Shown here piece after piece: positions 34,737 to 46,120 of a stretch of 64,000 bases of DNA. Each line of letters starts with the position of its first letter. Positions within the stretch are counted from its first letter, which is position 1. Origin of the DNA: Podarcis filfolensis (taxonomy: Eukaryota); the NCBI GenBank assembly GCA_964270895.1, contig OZ185443.1. One strand, written 5' to 3'. Both the position numbers and the translations under genes were made by a program. The notes under the pieces are model-generated. The model saw nothing but the letters and a program-made list of their open reading frames with translations, did no database searches and was not told where the DNA came from.

Positions 34737-36734
34737 TCATGGTGCCTCGATGATGGCCTTAATCTTAGCATCTGTGGGGTGGATGCCTGATGCATCAATT
34801 TTAAACCCCAAGAAATCCGCGGTTGGCACCCCAAAACTGCATTTTTCCTTTTTCAGTTGCAACCCCACCTCCTTGAACTTGAGCAACACTGCACGGACAC
34901 GCGCAACCAGTTCCTGTGGGTCTTTTCCAGCAATCAAAACGTCATCAAAAAATGGCAAGACCCCCGGCAGACCTCTTAACAGGCGTTCCATGAGCCCTTG
35001 AAAAATCCCTGGGGCCACACAAACTCCAAATTGTAATCTGTTAACTCTGAACGCCCCTTTATGTGTGACAATAGTCTGTGCTTCCGCTGATTGTGGGGTT
35101 ACTGGCAGCTGTTGGTAAGCTTGTGCCAGGTCAATTTTGGCGAACACCTTGCCCCCAGCCAGTTTAGCCAACAGATGTGATACGACTGGAATGGGGTATG
35201 AGTTTCCCCTGAGTGCCTTATTGATAGTACATTTGTAATCTGCACAGATCCTGACTTCCCCATTTGCTTTAAGGGGCGTGACAATTGGAGTCTCCCACTT
35301 AGCAGAGTCCACGGGTGAGAGAACTCCCTGCTTGACCAATTTATCCAGCTCTGCTTCGATCTTGGGTTGCAGTGCAAATGGCACTCGCCTTGGTTTGAGT
35401 CGGATTGGGGCCACCCCAGGGTCCAATTCGAAGTCAACTGGGGGCCCTTTATAACAACCCAGTTTTCCATTAAAGAGACCGGCAAATTCTTTGCATAATG
35501 CCTCGCTCATCTCAGGGCAGGTTTGGATTGAATTAAGCCCTGATATACTCAGTCCCAGGGCGGGGAACCAGTCAGTGCCCAGGAGACTGGGGCGACTGCC
35601 CTTCGCAATCACCAGTTTGAGTACCGCCTGTTTGTCCCGGAACTGTACTCTCACGGCACACATTCCCATGACATGGATGCGGCCCGCTGAGTATGACTGC
35701 AAGGTTGCCGGGAAGGGCTCCAGAGGGGGCAACTTACCCCTGGGGAAGAATGTCCTCGCGGTCTGGTCCGACACGATAGTGAATCCAGATCCGGAGTCCA
35801 CCTCCATGTCGCACAGCTGACCCTCAATCTTCACCTTGACGTGTGCCTTGCCTTGCGCTGGAAACTGCACGACCCTCCCGTTGATCTCCGTTACGTAGTG
35901 GCAGTCCTTTAGAACATGGTTTGCCGTGGATGGTCTGCGATGCTCCAGTCTAGTTGCTCCTGTCGCTCCCAGCGCCGCCGATCTACAGACCCTGGCGATG
36001 TGACCTGTCTTCCCGCACGTCCGGCACATAGCATCCCGGAAACGACAACTCTTCCACTCATGGTTTCCGCCACAACCAGGGCACCTGCCTCGGTGATCTT
36101 TGTGCACTGTGCAGGCCTGACGCACTGACTCGACCCCACGGACTGGGCTTTGGCTCGGAGTAGCCTCTAGCTCGTCCATGGCATGCGCAACTTCTATCTT
36201 AGGGGCCTTGCGACTGGCATCAAGCTCCTCTCTTTCATAATTCTCCGTGGCAGCGGCCTCCTTCAAGGCTGAAGCAAGGGTAACCTCTTCTTTAGCCACG
36301 ATGCGTCTTCTGGCTTTCTTGCTGCTCAGACCACCGATAAACTGATCCAGGAGAGTCTCTTCCAGACATTGGAAGTCGCAGTGCTGAGCGAGCTTCCGCA
36401 GTTCAGCTAGGAATGCAGATACAGACTCCCCAGCACGCTGCTGCCTCTTATGAAACTCCAACCGCCGGGCCATCTTGGTCTCAGTAGGTGCCAAATGGCT
36501 TGTCAGGCAGGCAAGAATATCTTTGAGAGGTGTCTCACTTAGCTTCGCTGGAGCAAGCAATGCCTTGGCCAGCTTGAAGGTCTCAGGCCCACAGTAGCTC
36601 AGGAATGTGGCCCTTCTTTTGCTGGCATCGGTGATCCCTTGAGCCACTGCGAAGAACTCAAAGCGTTCGACGTAGTCTTCCCACGTGTGGGGCTCTGATG
36701 GCTGGAAGGGCTCCAATACCCTTGGACTCTCCAT
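34737..36734 (-). CDS. Gag (capsid-like domain, two CCHC-type knuckles), aspartic protease and RT core; ends at the premature stop
   Basis: CPGCGGNHEWKSC and CRTCGKTGHIARVC knuckles; protease VDSGS; RT motifs KIDLAQAYQQL, RLQFGV and FFDD. Confidence 0.92.
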   Translation of the reverse strand: MESPRVLEPFQPSEPHTWEDYVERFEFFAVAQGITDASKRRATFLSYCGPETFKLAKALLAPAKLSETPLKDILACLTSHLAPTETKMARRLEFHKRQQRAGESVSAFLAELRKLAQHCDFQCLEETLLDQFIGGLSSKKARRRIVAKEEVTLASALKEAAATENYEREELDASRKAPKIEVAHAMDELEATPSQSPVRGVESVRQACTVHKDHRGRCPGCGGNHEWKSCRFRDAMCRTCGKTGHIARVCRSAALGATGATRLEHRRPSTANHVLKDCHYVTEINGRVVQFPAQGKAHVKVKIEGQLCDMEVDSGSGFTIVSDQTARTFFPRGKLPPLEPFPATLQSYSAGRIHVMGMCAVRVQFRDKQAVLKLVIAKGSRPSLLGTDWFPALGLSISGLNSIQTCPEMSEALCKEFAGLFNGKLGCYKGPPVDFELDPGVAPIRLKPRRVPFALQPKIEAELDKLVKQGVLSPVDSAKWETPIVTPLKANGEVRICADYKCTINKALRGNSYPIPVVSHLLAKLAGGKVFAKIDLAQAYQQLPVTPQSAEAQTIVTHKGAFRVNRLQFGVCVAPGIFQGLMERLLRGLPGVLPFFDDVLIAGKDPQELVARVRAVLLKFKEVGLQLKKEKCSFGVPTADFLGFKIDASGIHPTDAKIKAIIEAP

Positions 36735-36840
36735 TGTCCTGTGGGCAGGGTCGTCTTCTCAGCCGGCCAGTGAGTCTTGTTCTTAGCTACAATCCGGACT
36801 CTGAGGCAGGGCTGCGTTTAACCGCTCCTCAGCATTCCGG

Positions 36841-36858
36841 ATCCCATCCTCGTCGCCA
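36841..36858 (-). promoter_or_regulatory. Primer-binding site, tRNA-Ser(GCU)
   Basis: Plus strand reads ATCCCATCCTCGTCGCCA, matching the 3' 18 nt (including CCA) of vertebrate tRNA-Ser(GCT) as I recall it. It lies 2 nt from the 5' LTR. Confidence 0.9.
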
Positions 36859-36860
36859 GT

Positions 36861-37210
36861 TGTTGTGACGTGGGGTTTGTGATTTCAGCTCTCTTGACAT
36901 AATATGCTGGAGACAGTTCTGTAGTAACACTTCTTTATTACAGCAAACAAGACTGAGAACTGAGGAGGGGAGAGCTACATTTATAGGGACAGGGAACTAC
37001 CTAGAAAGGATACATTTTGGAGGGAACAATATCAGGCAATCACAGTCCTGCCTTTTGGAGGAAACCAATAAGACAGAGGATCCAAATACAGCAGCTTAAA
37101 TGAACCAATAGTAGCTGTACCCTCTGGAACCAAAAGGCAGTTACTTTACCCTAATGCAAATACAGACAACAATAATACAGATATAAAATCCTTTGACTCA
37201 ATACACAACA
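36861..37210 (-). repeat. 5' LTR (350 bp)
   Basis: Identical by eye to 32302-32651. Minus-strand TATAAA at 36980-36985 and AATAAA at 36934-36939, plus CCAAT boxes. Confidence 0.97.
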
Positions 37211-38624
37211 CTTGCCACCTCAGCCTCCAATTTCTGGTGAAATCTCTCTAAAATCTTACAAGATCTTGCTGGAAATCAGCACTGAGGCTGGCACAGCTTC
37301 TCCAGCGTCAGTGGAATCAGCAGTGCAAGTGGTACGGCAGCACTTCCTGTTTTGCCTCAAGTGGTGACACAAGATGCACCAGCCCTGTTTATAGGCTTTG
37401 GGCCTACCCAAGGACTGAACCTGTGGTAGAAAGACAGAGTCCCTATGTCTGGAATGTTCTGGGCCAGATGAACTTTAAAACAATATGTTAAAGCCTCTTC
37501 GTTTGCATTTTGCATGCATACATGCAAGCTTGATGACTTCTCTTGGCTCATTCAGTTCTAATCTCTTTGATTTGCCTAAGTGATTTGCTTATTTAGCAAC
37601 CAGTCATGGAGCTACTTGCCATCATCAGATGGTGTCACAGCCTGACTCAGTGCAAGTCTGCTTCAGATATTCAAATGAGTACCACGGGCTGGTTGACTAT
37701 AATCTCACTTTGCAGTGGCCGCACCAACATCAAACACTGCTTACCTGTTTGCAGTGAAGCTAACTGCACTGTGACTTCATCACTCCAATGAAATGTGGAA
37801 GTCATGAGGGAATAGTAAGGTCAGTGCATAACTACACATGACTGCAGCACACTTGGATGTAGCCATTGCATGTGAAATTATAAACAACCCCACTAGTTCT
37901 TCTGAAACCAGAGGATTCCGGTGGTTCAGCAACATTCAAACAATTTATTTTAAAAGAATGCTCATTCTGCAAACAGCTTTAAATCAAAGTGACAATTTAT
38001 AGTTTTGTACAAGCACATCTTTCAATCCTTATCTAAGTTGTATATTTTCAGCAGAGTTTTACATGAATGAGAACTCCAAGGTTAATTAAACTATATATAC
38101 ACATTATTATAGAGTATAAAGAAGAGAGAAGCTGAAACACATACATATCATTACATATGACATTGTGGAACAATGATTCAGTCACAAAGTGCAAAATCTG
38201 TAATCCTGCCCACAGGCTGCTTAAATCCTGCTGAAGCCAATCATGTGGAGGATTGCAGCCAAAAATAATAGGGATTAATGGATGGAGTATGTTTTAATAG
38301 CAGCCAATTAAAAATCTGTCATGTGTGGTAAAGACCACTGACTTTGAGAATTATGTTGATGGTTTGAGATAACAGTGTAAACAGCATTGATTTTCTTTAA
38401 AAAGTGGCACTTAGTTTTCCTAGTGCCATAAGTCACTTCTTCATAGCTGTGCTGCTGTTATCACATACCGTAGCTATCACACAGAATTCAAAACGAAGCC
38501 TCTTGATCCTAAACACGCTGTCTTGATCTAGTGAGCGGGACTTTGCATGTGGAAATAGGCTACTGGCTTCAATTCCCCCCACCAAATACAAGTGTCATTT
38601 TTCCTGCAAAAGTTAAAGTTTCCT

Positions 38625-39072
38625 GTATAGTTAAAGCTATGGTTTTCCCAGTAGTATGGAAGTGAGAGCTGGACCATAAAGAAGGCTGATCGCCGAAGAA
38701 TTGATGCTTTTGAATTATGGTGCTGGAGGAGACTCTTGAGAGTCCCGTGGACTGCAAGAAGATCAAACCTATCCATTCTTAAGGAAATCAGCCCGGAGTG
38801 CTCACTGGAAGGACAGATCCTGAAGCTGAGGCTCTAATACTTTGGCCACCTCATGAGAAGAGAAGACTCCCTGGAAAAGACCCTGATGTTGGGAAAGATG
38901 GAGGGCACAAGGAGAAGGGGACGACAGAGAACGAGGTGGTTGGACAGTGTTCTCGAAGCTACGAACATGAGTTTGACCAAGCTGCAGGAGGCAGTGGAAG
39001 ACAGGAGTGCCTGGCGTGCTCTGGTCCATGGGGTCACGAAGAGACGGACACGACTAAACGACTAAACAACAA
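38625..39072 (+). mobile_element. Bov-B (RTE clade) LINE, 5'-truncated 3' end
   Basis: Encodes the Bov-B C-terminus (MRREDSLEKTLMLGKMEGTRRRGRQRTRWLDSV...DRSAWRALVHGVTKRRTRLND); ACTAAACAACAA tail. Confidence 0.93.
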
Positions 39073-39715
39073 AAGCTTGCAAAAAGTAGGTTTCATATGT
39101 TGCACTGGATATGCTCCATTCGATGAGGAAAGGAAAGTCTCATTTATTCCCATGGAGTTTATTAATATAAATCTTTAGTCAGGGCAGACACTCATTCCTA
39201 ATGTAGAATGACTGTTTGAGTGCAAAAGTCACCAGTTTGTGCTCAGTGAACAACAGTTCTTCAGATAATGACCCAATTGTTCATGTGCACAGAGCAATCT
39301 AGACTGGGTGAAGATAATCTATATATAGAAGAATCTATACAGGGAGATAAACTGTCCCCCAGGTCTAATCATATTGCTCTTCCATCAACTGTGCTGAGGT
39401 AGGAAGGAGCTGCTGGCTTTTATGCCTCACTGGTTGCCCAGGCAGGCGTGCAGCCAATGTCCTTTCAGCCAGTGATGCATACGCCCCCAGAGGAGCCCAC
39501 TCATTGGTCAATTTGAAATACAGCATCTATGGGAAATTGAGTCAGCTACCCAGGTGGTCAGGTGGAATTCCCCCAATGGCCATGTGCATTCCATTCTAAT
39601 TGTCCAGGGATGGGGACCGAGTGAGTCTCCACAACAGCTGCCCAGCCAGAGGAAGAGGTAAGCACCCATTTTGTGTCAAAAATAAAAAGCAAAGAGCAAA
39701 GCATACTTTAAAGTA

Positions 39716-39957
39716 CAGTGGTACCTCAGGTTACATATGCTTCAGGTTACATACACTTCAGGTTACAGACTCCGCTAACTCAGAAATAGTACTTCGGATT
39801 AAGAACTTTGCTTCAGGATGAGAACAGAAATGGGGCTCCGGCGCCGCGGCGGCAGCAGGAGGCCCCATTAGCTAAAGTGGTGCTTCAGGTTAAGAACAGT
39901 TTCAGGTTAAGAATGGACCTCTGGAACAAATTAAGTACTTAACCCGAGGTACCACTG
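39716..39957 (+). mobile_element. Tigger/pogo-like MITE, copy 3
   Basis: Same TIRs and TA TSD; 242 bp. Confidence 0.92.
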
Positions 39958-41493
39958 TACCTCAAGAAGAAGCCTAGCCAGTCAGAAGTCTGGTTAAAAA
40001 AGGTGTCTACTTGGTTGCCTGAGCAGTGTTGTTTTTATTGTTATTAGTCTCTTTTTTCAGAAAGATGAACTCAAAGTGACTTACAAAAACAAACATTGGA
40101 AACAAGCCCATTCTCTGGAGTGTAATCTGTTTTAAAGTATTTTAGCATTAGATTTTTAAAATTGTTGTAACCTGTCGTGGAACCTCTGGACTGAAGGGAA
40201 GAAAGAAGCAGCAGCAGAGGATGAGGTCAAATGACCATCTCTACTGAGGAGAGATGGGGTTGGAATTCTGACCCTTAGTCCAATGCAGAAGCATATAGGC
40301 AAGAAGTAAAGAGATGCTTGCACCACCCCTTGCAACTTTGTGCAGTGGCCAAGTGCAGCTTATGTTAAGAGTTCAAAACAATCACACGGGTCTGACCATA
40401 CCTTTTTCTTCTTCTAAATTTCACTCTGTCTCTCTGACAGGGAGGGGGTGGTGGGGAGAAAAGATAATAGTTATGAATGTTTGTGGTATGCCCATCATTC
40501 TTCCTAGGTTACAACAGAAATGCCAGAGTTAATCACTTTCATAAGCTTATCTGTCCCCCCACTTGCAGCTTTGAAATGCCTAGCTCTGAGTAGATGGTAC
40601 CCAAATGACTCTAACACGAAAAGCTATAAATACTTACTAGAGTTGGCTCAACCGGCAATCCCAGACAGAGTAAACTAGAACGCTTTGTGGGCTACTTTTT
40701 AAAGACTGTCAAATTGCTGCAGGGAAAGAATGTTACCTCTGCCTTGACAATGAACAATAGCATATGGAGTGTCTGCATTTGCCATTTGCTTAAAAAGGCA
40801 TCTGAAGAAGCCGTGTGCGGTGCTGCAGCTATTTAAAGACCTTTTGAAAACCAACCTGCTCCTGCTTCTTCTGCTGCTGTTGCTGCTGAGCATTTGTATA
40901 CCTCAGGCCACCTGAAGACAAGTTAAGTGTTGATTCAGAACCTTCGCATTTTTTGTTTTATTTCTCAGTGATAGGTAGGCTGGGATTTGCTCAAGACAAT
41001 GAGCGCAAGCCATAACCCTTCTTCATGGTAAACATATAATTTCCCCAGCGATCCACTGAGTAATAACAAAAAGTTATGTGTAGTACATGCACTGTTTATA
41101 TCCCTTTGGGTTTAATATTGCTCACAGTAAAATTGATTTTCTGGAATCTTGCAATAAACCTCATCAAAATAAACCAAATCCACCCTGGCTTTTTATGAAG
41201 TGATTGGAATCACTGTAATTATTTAACCCTCTCCAGAAGGAAAATACACATATCACACCCCTCCTGATAAGGTGCTTATATGATTAAATCACTTCTGTTC
41301 CCGCTTAGGTTTTTAACCATCTTATAACATTCTCTTTTCATCACTAAGGCTGCTAAGTGACATTTTACTTCAGTGAGAACTATGTACTTTTTACATGAAG
41401 AATGATGACCAAACCACTTTATTTAGGGCAAACGAAAATACACATTAAGCATGAGGAAAGCCCGCCAGCTGCCTCAGGGCCTAGTTTTGGGAA

Positions 41494-42159
41494 CACTGGT
41501 TCCCAACTTTTATGAGGAAACTCCACCCCCAAAATTCACGGATCCCCGCATGCAAAGACTCAGAAAGGCTTTTAAGACAGCCCCCCCAGCCCCTGGAGGC
41601 ACAAACGGGAGCATGGAGTCCTATCTTTTAGCCCTTTGCAAAAGTAGTCTGAAACAGCTTCCCTTCTCCTTCTTTGAGCATTGATGTTTATTGAGAAGAA
41701 AGCAGCTGCTTCAAAAGTTGCTTTTGCAAAGCATTATTTGAAGCCGCCAGCCCCTCTTCTGTAAACATCAGAGGCAGAAGGTGGGCAGTGGCAAGGGTCT
41801 TCCACCTCTGTTGCCTGCCCACTCAATTTAAAGGAGAGGGAAGGCTGCTTCAAATGTTGATTTGCAGCTCCCCATGCATGTGAAGCATGTGGACTGTCTT
41901 AAAGCATTTGGCGAAAAGTGCCCTTTGAAGAAGCACCTCTTCTTCTTTAAATATTAAAGGAGGCAGGGAGACTGCTTCCAATGACACTTTTTGCAAAAGC
42001 TTTAAGACAGTGCCCATGCTCCAAAAGCTAGCACTGGGACTGTCTTAAAGCTGCAAAGGTTACTCCTTTAAGAGAGCAGGCAGTGATGTGGCATAACTTC
42101 TTGTTTGTAGACCCCTTGGGCTAATTCCATGGTGCCTAGCCCCATGTTGGAAACCACTG
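41494..42159. mobile_element. Non-autonomous hAT-like element (about 670 bp)
   Basis: Ends CACTGGTTCCCAAC / GTTGGAAACCACTG; internal inverted motif TTAAGACAG / CTGTCTTAA; TSD poorly preserved. Confidence 0.55.
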
Positions 42160-43546
42160 CTGTAGAACGCCTGATCTTTATGTAAAACCTGGAGGGGAAC
42201 TGCTCCAAACTCAGGTGAACTGGAGCATCTAAAACATGAATTGGATTTAACTTTACACAGTGGTTATTGCAGATATTAATATTGCGCAGCTTGATGCATA
42301 AAAGCTGACTTCTTTAGGAATGAAGCATCGTACAGACCCGTTAGATTGTTCAAAACTTTACTTGTGGAACTTTCTTCAAAACAGAATGAAGACATCAAAA
42401 ATACACCCAAAATATCTACACAATACATTGTGCTGTCCAGCACAGGTTCAGCATCTTCTTAGAAATAAAAGATAATTCCAAACAGACCTAGAATCAAAGA
42501 TTTCTTTCCTTATAGCTTCCATTTCACCTGGAGCTGTTTTCCTGAAAAGTTTCATTTGCATCCTTACCCTCACAAAGCCTGAGAACATAGACTAAACCCT
42601 TTCAAAATGGAGATTTGCAACCAAATACCTTTTGTCACATGGTCAAAGGCACGCACCCGCACACACATACTCAGTTTAAGAGCAGAGAACATTCAACAGC
42701 TCAGAGTCCATTAGAATACTGTAGTGGAACTTTCCAGTGTTGAACCTTTTAGCAATACACAGGCATCCCAATTTCAGTGTGTAGAAAAATGATGACAAAT
42801 TTCAATACAGCCTTTTGAAAAACAAAATCGTAAAGTGTTGAGGAAATGTGATTAATTTAAAATTGGGGAAAAGAGAGAAATCAGAACTGACAGATCCACC
42901 CAGCCCTAGTAGATTAGCCCATTCAAAGCACATCTCTATAAAAGAGAATTCAGCAAAGAAAGAAGCTTTTCTTTAATGATAATTTTACTAATATGGCTGT
43001 GGATGATTGAGATGAGTGCTTTGAAAAGATAGTCTTGACAAGCAAGAAGACTGATGTGATATACGTCTCCATTTTGCCAATCCTGAAGATCTAGCTCCTC
43101 TGTTAATCTACTGCACTGACATATATTCACACAGCGCAAGCTTTCTCACTGTATTCATTGCCCAAATAATGTGTTGATTCTTACCCAGAAAGACCGTGAT
43201 TGTAAAATGAGATGTTACATGAGAGGTTTTTGTGACTAAGGAGGCTGGCTGCATAAAACACAATCATGTCGGAAATGAATGGGGATTATTCGACTCCTGC
43301 GTTGCTCCCATTCATTTGAGTGGGTGTTTCTGCAAGAGATGCAGGGCAGGCCCTTTCTTTAGGAAGAGTGAGGTGGCTTCCTCAGGCACAATGTGCAGGG
43401 AGAGGGAGAAACAGTAGGATTCTGGAAGACAGAGTTGCTTGCGTCATGTAACCCACCTGTTGTCTCAGGTGAAGTGGAAGCCACTGTCCGATTGCCAGTG
43501 TTCACACAGGATTAAACTGCAAGTCCACTTTGCTTTTGCGAATAGT

Positions 43547-43680
43547 AGTAGTAATAAATTTTATTTATACCCCGCTCTCCCCAGCCAGGGCCAGGATCAG
43601 GGCAGCTAACAACCAATAATAAAAACAAGTTGAATGAATACAACTTAAAAACAAGATTAAAATACAACATTAAAATAGAA
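43547..43680 (-). mobile_element. L2-type 3' tail
   Basis: TTTATTTATACCCCGCTCTCCCC...GGGCAGCTAACAA. Confidence 0.6.
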
Positions 43681-44593
43681 ATAGATGGGGACTACAACGT
43701 TGCAATTCACCTGAGGCGGCAACATGTCTTTGGCTGACCCAGAGGTCTTTTACTTACACTAGAAAGTAAGCAAAAAATAAAGGTCAATGGGATCTTCCTT
43801 TAAATGGTTCTAGTGCTAGCTGAGCTTGATGTGAGTTGTTAATTTAACATTTTGAGGGCACCAGGTTGGAGAAGGCTCATCTACTGTATCCAATGATGTG
43901 CCTGAGGAAAAATTCATGAAACATCTATTTGCATCTTATGTGCAATATGTATGAAAACAATTTTTATTTCCATGTTTACTCTCAATTAAATGAGTGGTAG
44001 AAAAAAAAAAATGTAACCAGGAGTAAAACCTCTGAGATTTTCTTTCTCATTTCCCAAGCTGTCCGGGGAGAAAAGGCAGCAGTAAACAACTATGCTTTGT
44101 TTTATTCCAGAATTATATGAATTATCATAATAATAATTACTAGTAGAACATCTGTTTCATATTTTTTTACCAGGCAGACAGCAGGATTATTTTTAACACA
44201 ATGTTCACATTTCTCTGTTGCTCTCTGGGCTCACAGTTTTAGAGTTTATCCATTTTTAAAGGAGTTAAAAAACAAATGTATAAGAGGTTATATGGAAAGT
44301 CTATTTTCCCCCACAGAAAGTTCATGTCAAAGTTTTATTCCAAAGTGGCTGTCAAAAGTTTTGTTGGTATACTATCATGCTTTTATTTCCTAAATGGCAT
44401 GGAAATGGACCCTTTTTGCTAAACAGGTGGAAAAATTGTGGCCCATAAAATGTGACCACATCCTAATTGGCGGGAAGTCCAAATTGGATGTTGATAAATG
44501 CTGGAGATCAAGAAAGTAAAGCAAATAGTAAGAATCAATAACTTTTTTAAAAAATAAGAATAATAATTCTAGAAGAGACATTTTGGAGGTTGT

Positions 44594-44822
44594 TTATTTA
44601 TTTATTACATTTCTATTCCAGCTTTTCTCCAAGGAGCTCAAGGTAGCATACATGATTCTCCATCTCCCCATTCTATCCTCACAATAACCCTGTGAAGTAG
44701 ATGAGGCTGAGGGGCAATGACTGGCCCAAGATCACATCCAGTGAGCATCATGGCTGAGTGGGGACTAGAACCCCAGTTTCCCAGTCCTTAATTCATCACT
44801 TTAACTGCTATGCCAAACTGGC
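44594..44822 (-). mobile_element. MIR/Ther1-like SINE
   Basis: TATCCTCACAATAACCCTGTGAAGTAG...GACTGGCCCAAGATCAC...GGACTAGAACCC. Confidence 0.8.
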
Positions 44823-45858
44823 TTCCACCACAAAGCCATAGAATGGCAATGCTACCAGATGCAAAGGCAGGTAGAGCTCCTGGATCTTTTAAGCAATGGT
44901 GCCATTAGGACATCCAGGACCTCACTCAGCAGAATTAACAGGAGGGCCCCCAAACACTCACACACTCACCAGAAGAATATTCAGTCCAGTAACTGTATCA
45001 CTGCTTTTACCAGGATAAATTTCCTGCGGGTGATTGCTTATCATGCCAGAGTACCAAAGAGGTAGGAAAATTGTCTCCTACAGCTTTTACAGATGCAAGG
45101 GCCTTGTCCTCTATAGGACATACAAAAAGGAAAAACTCCACACAGCACATAGCTCACTTATGGAATTTGGATCCACAGGATGTACTAATGGCCACTAATT
45201 TGGATGCCTAGACACATTCATGGAGGATAAGGCTATCAGTGGCCGCTAGTCATCATGGCTCTGTACTTCCTTCCAGGCAAAATGCTTCTTGGGCTTTCCC
45301 CATCTGCATCTGGGTGGCCACTGTGACAACAGGATGTTGGATGCAGGATGGATCATAGCTCAGTGGTAGAGCAACTGCTTCAATCACTAGCATCTTTGTT
45401 CCGGTGAACTGCTTTCTTGCCTGTATCGAGACAAGCTTGCCTGAATCACTTCTTGCCATGACCTCACATTTATATCCCCCTGCAAGCCTCACACACATGA
45501 GTTAGAACAGTCACCATGCCAATTTTGTACTTTGCTTATGGGGAGCAATTTGGGTGACTCATATGTGCTGTGTGTGCATCAATCCAGTACAAAAGAGCAG
45601 CGTTCTCAACTAACGGCAGAAGTAGGTGTGTGATTTGGCTCCTACAGAACTAATGGAGGATAATGAATCAGGCTGAATAGCACAGGTTTCAACAAACTGG
45701 CACCAAAGTCAAGCACATAGTTTGTTCATTGACCCTGCTACCTCTCATAAAACTCCTAAAGATAGCACTACTATTTATGTTTGTACACTTGTGTGATATA
45801 AGGATTATCTCAGAGAAGTGTATTTTACCTGGACTTCTCTAAAAGGGGAAAAGCTAGA

Positions 45859-46120
45859 CAAGGGGTCTTCAAACTAAGGTCCGCGGGCTGGATCTGGCCC
45901 AATAGGATCATGAATCCAGCCCGGCTGGCCAGGACAAAGCCTGCTCAGTCTCCTCCCCTGTCTCGGTGAGAGGCTGGGTCTCCCTTACTCCCTCCCCGCC
46001 CAGGGAAGCCGCTTTCCTGTGAGAGAGTGGTTCTCGGCTCTCTAAGGTGCAGCTGTGCTGGCAGAGCCCCTCCTGCCTGCCGGAGGAGAGCGCTGCCCGA
46101 GATTTGTTTTTAAGTATCTA
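45859..46120. mobile_element. hAT-type element fragment
   Basis: CAAGGGGTCTTCAAACTAAGGTCCGCGGGCTGGATCTGGCCC left end followed by GC-rich interior. Confidence 0.6.

Larger units (their letters stand above)
32664..36734 (-). pseudogene. gag-pol: gag-pol polyprotein frame (1356 codons plus stop) with one in-frame TGA at 34737-34739
   Basis: The 665-aa and 684-aa ORFs share a frame, separated by TGA plus 6 sense codons: KAIIEAP*PQNKTQLQSFLGLINFY. Confidence 0.93.
32302..37210 (-). mobile_element. Full-length Gypsy/Ty3 LTR retrotransposon (Mag/K02A2.6-like, single gag-pol frame, no env, no chromodomain)
   Basis: Two 350-bp direct repeats with TGTTGTG...CACAACA termini. PBS next to the right-hand LTR and PPT next to the left-hand LTR. 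Domain order Gag-PR-RT-RH-IN. 5-bp flanks CTCGC (32297-32301) and CTTGC (37211-37215). Confidence 0.97.

Noticed and set aside
34737-34739. Programmed UGA readthrough or selenocysteine recoding in the Gypsy polyprotein
   Set aside because: The stop lies inside RT, not at a gag/pol boundary. It is one CpG transition from an Arg codon at a position normally occupied by a sense residue. I saw no SECIS or pseudoknot. Kept only as an alternative to test.
33101-36139. Numerous 60-150 aa ORFs overlapping the retrotransposon
   Set aside because: Antisense or alternative-frame shadows of the GC-rich pol frame with no domain signatures.
37341-37351. Isolated perfect ETS motif CACTTCCTGTT
   Set aside because: A single short motif without supporting cluster; expected by chance.
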